From the NCBI GenBank assembly GCA_938084645.1, contig CALKEP010000058.1, positions 1-21,708 of the forward strand: a DNA stretch of 21,708 bases. Direction: 5' to 3'. Of the stretch, positions 16,763 through 21,708 are shown piece after piece. Both the position numbers and the translations under genes were made by a program. The notes under the pieces were generated by a model. The model was not told the DNA's origin. It did not search any database and worked only from the letters and a program-made list of their open reading frames with translations. Each line of letters begins with the position of its first letter. The first letter of the stretch is position 1. This DNA comes from an uncultured Phycisphaerales bacterium. Its GTDB lineage: Bacteria > Planctomycetota > Phycisphaerae > Phycisphaerales > SM1A02.

Positions 16763-18255
16763 GCGAACCGACGGGATCGATCCATCATCTGCACGCCGAC
16801 CACTTCGCGGAACTCGTTCCTCGCGCGCTGGCGAATGTCGAACTGCGCGGCGCTCTCGCCAATGCCACCGACACCATTCGAAACCGACGGGCGACTGCGC
16901 TGGCGGGCATCGACGACCTTCAGGAGCTCCGTGGCCGGGCCAAGGCCATCAAGTCCGAGGCCCTCGAGCATCTGGACGAGCATCTGGAACGCTTCGAGGA
17001 GGCCGCTCGAGCCAACGGGATCAAGGTGCACTGGGCGTCGGACGCGGATGCGGCCAGGCGGGTGGTGCTCGACATCGCCGCTCGGGCCGGTGCCCGGATC
17101 GCGGTGAAGGCGAAGTCGATGGTGTCCGAGGAGATCGGTCTGAACGACGCCTTGATCGATGCCGGGGTGGCGCCCATCGAGACCGACCTCGGCGAGTGGA
17201 TCCTCCAACTCGCGGACGAGACCCCATCGCACATCCTGGTGCCCGCGATCCACAAGCGTCGACGCGAGATCCGCGATCTGTTCGCCCGGATCCTCGGACG
17301 TCCCATGCCGGACGACGCCGCAGGACTCACCGCGATCGCTCGAAACGAACTGCGCAATCGCTTCGCGACCGCCGACCTTGGAATCAGTGGCGCGAACTTC
17401 CTGGTCGCCGAGACCGGCTCGTTCCTGCTGATCGAGAACGAGGGGAACATCCGGCTCACCACTTCGCTTCCCCGGGTCCACATCGCGATCGCGGGCATCG
17501 AGAAGATCGTGCCTCGTCTCGAGGATCTCGGACCGCTGGTGAGAGTCATCGCCCGCAACGGCACCGGCCAGCCGATCTCCTGCTACCAGACGCTGGTGTC
17601 CGGACCGAAGACCTCGCCCGGCGACGACGGACCGGAGGAGGTCCACGTCGTGCTCCTCGACAACGGTCGATCGAGCATCCTCGCCGACGAGCTCACCGCG
17701 GAGACCCTTCGCTGCATCAGGTGCAGTGCCTGTCTGAACATCTGTCCGGTCTACCGGCAGATCGGCGGGCACGCCTACGGCAGCGTCTACCCCGGACCGA
17801 TCGGCGCGATCCTCACACCTCAGATCGCCGGTCTGCATGCCGCCTCGCAGCTGCCCGACGCCTCCAGTCTCTGCGGGGCATGTCGCGAGGTCTGCCCGGT
17901 GGACATCGACATCCCCGGCGTCCTGCTGCATCTGCGAAACCAGGCTGCGGAGACCGAGTCGGGAGCAACGCCACGAGTCGATCCGGTGACGGAGACCAAG
18001 AACCGCGCCGCGCGACGCGGCTTCGGAGTCTGGCGGTGGGCGATGGCGTCTCCGGCTCGATATGCGATGCTTGGACGACTCGGACGGATCTCGGTGCGGG
18101 CGATCGGTCGAGTACCTCGTCTCTCGGGGTTCATCGGACCACTGCGCGGCTGGTGTGCCGGACGCGAACTGCCGCCCGCCCCGGATCGAAGCTTCCGCGA
18201 CGGGCCCACGGCTCGACGGATCGACGCCCGGAACGGAGGCCGTCGTGGAGACTGA
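16759..18255 (+). CDS. lutB: Lactate utilization protein B (LUD domain + 4Fe-4S ferredoxin, LutB/YkgF/LldF)
   Basis: KAKSMVSEEIGLN, ETDLGEWILQL, PSHILVPAIH, ENEGNIRL, CIRCSACLNICP, YPGPIGA, SSLCGACREVCP. GTGA overlap with lutA. Confidence 0.95.
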   Translation: MSEPTGSIHHLHADHFAELVPRALANVELRGALANATDTIRNRRATALAGIDDLQELRGRAKAIKSEALEHLDEHLERFEEAARANGIKVHWASDADAARRVVLDIAARAGARIAVKAKSMVSEEIGLNDALIDAGVAPIETDLGEWILQLADETPSHILVPAIHKRRREIRDLFARILGRPMPDDAAGLTAIARNELRNRFATADLGISGANFLVAETGSFLLIENEGNIRLTTSLPRVHIAIAGIEKIVPRLEDLGPLVRVIARNGTGQPISCYQTLVSGPKTSPGDDGPEEVHVVLLDNGRSSILADELTAETLRCIRCSACLNICPVYRQIGGHAYGSVYPGPIGAILTPQIAGLHAASQLPDASSLCGACREVCPVDIDIPGVLLHLRNQAAETESGATPRVDPVTETKNRAARRGFGVWRWAMASPARYAMLGRLGRISVRAIGRVPRLSGFIGPLRGWCAGRELPPAPDRSFRDGPTARRIDARNGGRRGD

Positions 18256-18979
18256 TCGAGACCGAATCCTCGCCGACGTCCGACGAGCGCTCGCATCCGC
18301 TCGGACCGAAGGAAAGCGACGCGGACACGGGCCGGCACCGGCGACGGCGGCGAGGTCGGTGGGAGGGGATTCGGCTCGAGAATCCGCGGCGACGCATGCC
18401 GGCGAATCCACGGACGCCGATCCGATCACCGACTTTCAATCGGCGCTCGACGCCGTGCAGGGCGTCTGCCACCGAGTGACCAGCGATTCGGGCGCGGCCG
18501 AGGTGCTCCAGGCGATCATCTCGGATCTCGGCGTGCGACGCGTCGTCCGGAGCGACGACGAACTCGTGATCGATGTCGTCGAAGAGGTCGTCGGTGGCTT
18601 CGAACTGCTCGACCCCGACGGGGATCGGAGCGCGCTACTCGAATGCGATCTCGGGATCTCCCGCGCCACCCTCGGCGTCGCCGAGCATGGAACCATCGTG
18701 ATGACCTCCGGGGATGCCGCGGGGGATCGCGGTCGAACGACCGAGCGACAGCGACTGGTCGCCCTGCTCCCCGAAACCCACGTCGCGCTGCTCGCGGCAT
18801 CGGACATCGTGAGCACGTGGGACCTGGCGCTCGAAGCCGCCGGACCGGAGCGAAGCCGCCTCGCACCCACGATCACGTTCGCGACCGGCCCGAGCCGGAC
18901 CGCGGACATCGAACTCGAACTGGTGCTCGGCGTCCATGGCCCGCGTCACCAGCACGTCGTCGTCCTTGAACATCGGTGA
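18245..18979 (+). CDS. lutC: Lactate utilization protein C (LUD domain, LutC/YkgG/LldG)
   Basis: VAEHGT, LLPETHVA, TGPSRTADIELELVLGVHGP. GTG at 18245 is preceded by GGAGG (18235-18239). Confidence 0.9.
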   Translation: METDRDRILADVRRALASARTEGKRRGHGPAPATAARSVGGDSARESAATHAGESTDADPITDFQSALDAVQGVCHRVTSDSGAAEVLQAIISDLGVRRVVRSDDELVIDVVEEVVGGFELLDPDGDRSALLECDLGISRATLGVAEHGTIVMTSGDAAGDRGRTTERQRLVALLPETHVALLAASDIVSTWDLALEAAGPERSRLAPTITFATGPSRTADIELELVLGVHGPRHQHVVVLEHR

Positions 18980-18993
18980 CCGATTCGCGGCGT

Positions 18994-20613
18994 TCAGTCG
19001 TTCGCGGATCGTCGGAGACGATCGAGCATCCGCGTCGCGCCGATCTCTTCAGGATTCCGGGCGAGAAAACCCTCGAGACAGCCGATCGCCATGGCGGAGT
19101 CACCCTCCAGCTCGAAGGTATGCGCGATCCTCCTGACCAGTTGGGATCGTCGCTCCGGCCCCTGCACCGTCTCCAGTACCCGCCGAAGCGCGATTCGCGC
19201 CCGCCGGAGATCGCCTTCCTGATTCCGTTCGATCGCCTGACCGGCGAAGGCGAGGACCTCCCTCCGGTTGGCCGCATCCATGTTGATCATCCCCCAGAGG
19301 ATCGCGAGGCCCTCGTCCATTCTCCCCAACCGGATCGCGTGCCTGGCCCAGAGACCGCGAAGCAGGATTCCCTGCACCTCCTCGATCGGATTCTCGTCGA
19401 GGATCGCGAGCCGCCGTTCGTCGGTGACGGCCGAGAGCGGAAGAAGATCCACCAGTCGATCCGCCATCGTCCCCGGATGACGTTCGTGGAGAAGGGCTCG
19501 CGCCGTCGCGAAGGACTCGGTGTCCTTCATCGCCACCAGCGAGATGAGCCGCCGGAGGTGACTCTGCGGGCCGTCGGCGGCGAGAAGAAGATCTCGCGAG
19601 GCCTCGTCGAGTTCCGAGATCGCGCCGCCGTCGAACGCCTGCTCCCACCGGCTCTCGAAGATCTGACGCCCGACTCTTCGAGCGATCGGACCCGCATCCC
19701 CCTCACGGACTCGATCGAGCAGCGGCTCGAAATCGGGCAGCTCGCCGTCGTTCTCACCCGGCAACATCCAACGAATCCCGGGTTCCCGCGGCGAGTCCTC
19801 TTCATCCTCCTCGATCTGGAGGATCGAAGTGGAGGCGATATCCGTCAGGTGTGGCAAGTCGAAGAGATCGAAGATGGTCTGAATGACGCCGCCCGGTCGC
19901 ACCCGCTTCGGGGCTCCCACCTCCCGCGATCCGTGGTAGGAGACCCACTCGAAGGTCGAACTCGAAGTCACCACGACGACATGATCGAGTTCCATCAGCT
20001 GCACGAACCGATCCATCACCTCCTTGACGGTCCGACGAGGGACCGGTTCGGGTCGCACGCCTTCCCCGGCACCGGCCTCGCCGGAGGTTCCTGCTTCGGC
20101 ATCGACTCCGAGGAAGACGAACCTCGCCTCCGGACAGCGAAGTCGCGACTCCGCGAGCATCGTGAACTTCTCCTCGGTCGACGACGTGGAACTCGGTCGT
20201 ACGATCCCGTATCCGGCGTGAGCCACCCGCTCCTCCACGCCGCTGCAATCCCCCGGCATGAAGGGGCTTCCGACGACGATGGATTCGATGCCGTCCCGGG
20301 AAAGTCGATTCCAGACGAGCGGCCGACCCACCTCGGTCGATCGCCGGTGACGAAGTCCCTCCACCGCCTCCTGCGCGCCAGCGGACGAATCTTCGTCACT
20401 CGGAACCAGCCAGGTGTGCACGTCGTGCGACTCGAGTGGAGCGCCGCTGAGAATGGAAGTCGTCGCCGCCGGCGCCGAGAACCAACGCCGCCGCGAGATT
20501 CGAGGAGGTGGTGGTTCTTCGTCCGCGGCGAAGCCGACGCGATTGGCCCGAAAGAAGAGGAGACCGACCCGCGGCTTCGACGCGCTTTCGCCTCCGGCCC
20601 TGAAAGCACTCAT
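18994..20613 (-). CDS. Degenerate alkaline-phosphatase/nucleotide-pyrophosphatase-fold protein with C-terminal TPR-like helices
   Basis: SAPAATTSILSGAPLESHDV and PLVWNRLSRDGIESIVVG match the type I phosphodiesterase pattern. The C-terminus is helical and TPR-like (LEGDSAMAIGCLEGFLARNP). ATGA-coupled to the upstream gene. Confidence 0.6.
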   Translation of the reverse strand: MSAFRAGGESASKPRVGLLFFRANRVGFAADEEPPPPRISRRRWFSAPAATTSILSGAPLESHDVHTWLVPSDEDSSAGAQEAVEGLRHRRSTEVGRPLVWNRLSRDGIESIVVGSPFMPGDCSGVEERVAHAGYGIVRPSSTSSTEEKFTMLAESRLRCPEARFVFLGVDAEAGTSGEAGAGEGVRPEPVPRRTVKEVMDRFVQLMELDHVVVVTSSSTFEWVSYHGSREVGAPKRVRPGGVIQTIFDLFDLPHLTDIASTSILQIEEDEEDSPREPGIRWMLPGENDGELPDFEPLLDRVREGDAGPIARRVGRQIFESRWEQAFDGGAISELDEASRDLLLAADGPQSHLRRLISLVAMKDTESFATARALLHERHPGTMADRLVDLLPLSAVTDERRLAILDENPIEEVQGILLRGLWARHAIRLGRMDEGLAILWGMINMDAANRREVLAFAGQAIERNQEGDLRRARIALRRVLETVQGPERRSQLVRRIAHTFELEGDSAMAIGCLEGFLARNPEEIGATRMLDRLRRSAND

Positions 20614-21707
20614 TCCGATGCTGCCGCGCCGCGGTCGCTCCCCTGATTCCGGAGCGTCGCGTCGACCCCTCCGACCATCGCATCGACGTCGAATTCCCCA
20701 CCAAGGAAGTCGGCGATGCGTCGCGCCTCTCCGGCTGGATCGGCGAGGACCGATGCATAGTCGACGAAGATCGAGTCGATGTCCGGACGCCGGGCGAGGA
20801 GCCGCTCGACCTGTGCGACCTGCGCGTCGAGCGTCGACATCATTCGAGCGTCCGTGAGCCGACCACCCTCGCGTCCCATTCGATCGAGCATCACCCGCTG
20901 ACTCTTCACGATCTCGTGCAGATCACGATCCATGAAGATGACGCGATATCGCTCGCCCCGCGGCAGGAAGGGAAGAAGCTGTGCCACGATCTTGACCGCC
21001 TGCCCGCGGGCCTCGGGAACCCACGAGGCGTCGCTGCCGAGCCGGGTGCTCTTCTCGTGCTCGAAGTAGCCGCGTGGATTGTCCTCATCCGCCTCGCGAT
21101 TTCCATCGGAGAATGCAGGGACGCCTCCATTCGCAAGCATCTGCATCATCATCGAGGTGCCGGAGCGCGGAAGACCGCTCACCACCACGATCGGTGTCCT
21201 CTCGGAGACGGCCTCGGCGGCGCTCGCGAAGTCGAGGGTGGCGCGACGGTCGACGCGGGACGCGCGAATGTCCTCGGCGAGCGCTTCGACGTCGTCGTTC
21301 GCGATGGCGGCGTCCCGACTCATGAGTTCACGGACCTCTTCGAGCCTCTTGCGATGCTCGTCGGCCTCCCCCGCCGCACCGACTCGGTCGAGCAGGCCGA
21401 TCAGGGCCTCCTGGGCATCGATCATCCCCGGCGACTGGCCCAGCGCAACGCCGTAGGCGATCCTCGCATGGTCGTCATCGCCGATGCCCTCGAGCGATCT
21501 CCCCAGCATGAAGTGCGCCGTCGGATTCTGGAAGAGCAGTTCCGTCGTGGTCAACGCCTCTTCGATGCCACGCTCCCAGTCCTCGCGGGCGACCGCCACT
21601 CGCGCGAGACCGAGTCGGGCGTTGCTGTTCTCGTCATCGATCTCGAGGGCTCGCGCGAAGCAATCCGCCGCGGCATCGATGTCGCCCATCGAGAATCTGG
21701 CTTCTCC
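20610..21707 (-). CDS. TPR-repeat + sulfotransferase-domain protein, 5' end beyond window
   Basis: Frame is open to the window edge (GEARFSMGDIDAAADCF, mid-TPR). About three TPRs, then the 5'-PSB loop VVSGLPRSGTSMMMQML, DNPRGYFE, and the 3'-PB motif IFMDRDLHEIVKSQ (R-x7-S). Confidence 0.88.
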   Translation of the reverse strand, partial: GEARFSMGDIDAAADCFARALEIDDENSNARLGLARVAVAREDWERGIEEALTTTELLFQNPTAHFMLGRSLEGIGDDDHARIAYGVALGQSPGMIDAQEALIGLLDRVGAAGEADEHRKRLEEVRELMSRDAAIANDDVEALAEDIRASRVDRRATLDFASAAEAVSERTPIVVVSGLPRSGTSMMMQMLANGGVPAFSDGNREADEDNPRGYFEHEKSTRLGSDASWVPEARGQAVKIVAQLLPFLPRGERYRVIFMDRDLHEIVKSQRVMLDRMGREGGRLTDARMMSTLDAQVAQVERLLARRPDIDSIFVDYASVLADPAGEARRIADFLGGEFDVDAMVGGVDATLRNQGSDRGAAASE

Positions 21708-21708
21708 G

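Noticed and set aside
16222..18429. 735-aa minus-strand ORF and 600-aa alternate-frame plus-strand ORF (16677-18479)
   Set aside because: Both overlap well-supported lutAB and have low-complexity Arg/Pro/Ser composition.
18976..20646. 556-aa plus-strand ORF starting at the lutC stop (GTGA overlap)
   Set aside because: The overlap looks like coupling, but the protein is Arg/Pro/His-rich with no motifs. The minus-strand frame shows phosphodiesterase-like and TPR features and is coupled to the sulfotransferase.
1..21708. CRISPR arrays, tRNA/rRNA, IS elements, prophage or defence genes
   Set aside because: No regularly spaced direct repeats, cloverleaf-like segments, or transposase, integrase or nuclease motifs were seen. 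Intergenic gaps are short.

Overview
GC-rich (about two-thirds by eye) bacterial genomic window. It is most consistent with a planctomycete of the Phycisphaerae type; this is inferred from the dockerin-like C-terminal repeat protein and gene content and is not proven. Contents in order: (1) a sialic-acid/nonulosonate catabolism locus, with an AGE-family N-acylglucosamine 2-epimerase (runs off the left edge, absent from the ORF track) and N-acetylneuraminate lyase on the minus strand, divergent across only 44 bp from an 891-aa fusion of a secreted, cyclically permuted NanM-type Kelch mutarotase and a SiaT-like sodium:solute symporter; (2) a small secreted dockerin-repeat protein, an ANKH/MATE-like membrane protein and a short TPR-like protein; (3) a CUT2 monosaccharide ABC importer divergent from an extended-SDR, UxaA-family dehydratase and Zn-dependent dehydrogenase cluster of unknown substrate; (4) a degenerate GNAT/acyl-synthase-like gene; (5) lutABC lactate utilisation genes; (6) a coupled pair made of a TPR-sulfotransferase (runs off the right edge) and an apparently catalytically dead alkaline-phosphatase-fold/TPR protein. 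No RNA genes, mobile elements or CRISPR arrays were recognised. All assignments come from motif recognition by eye; no searches were run.
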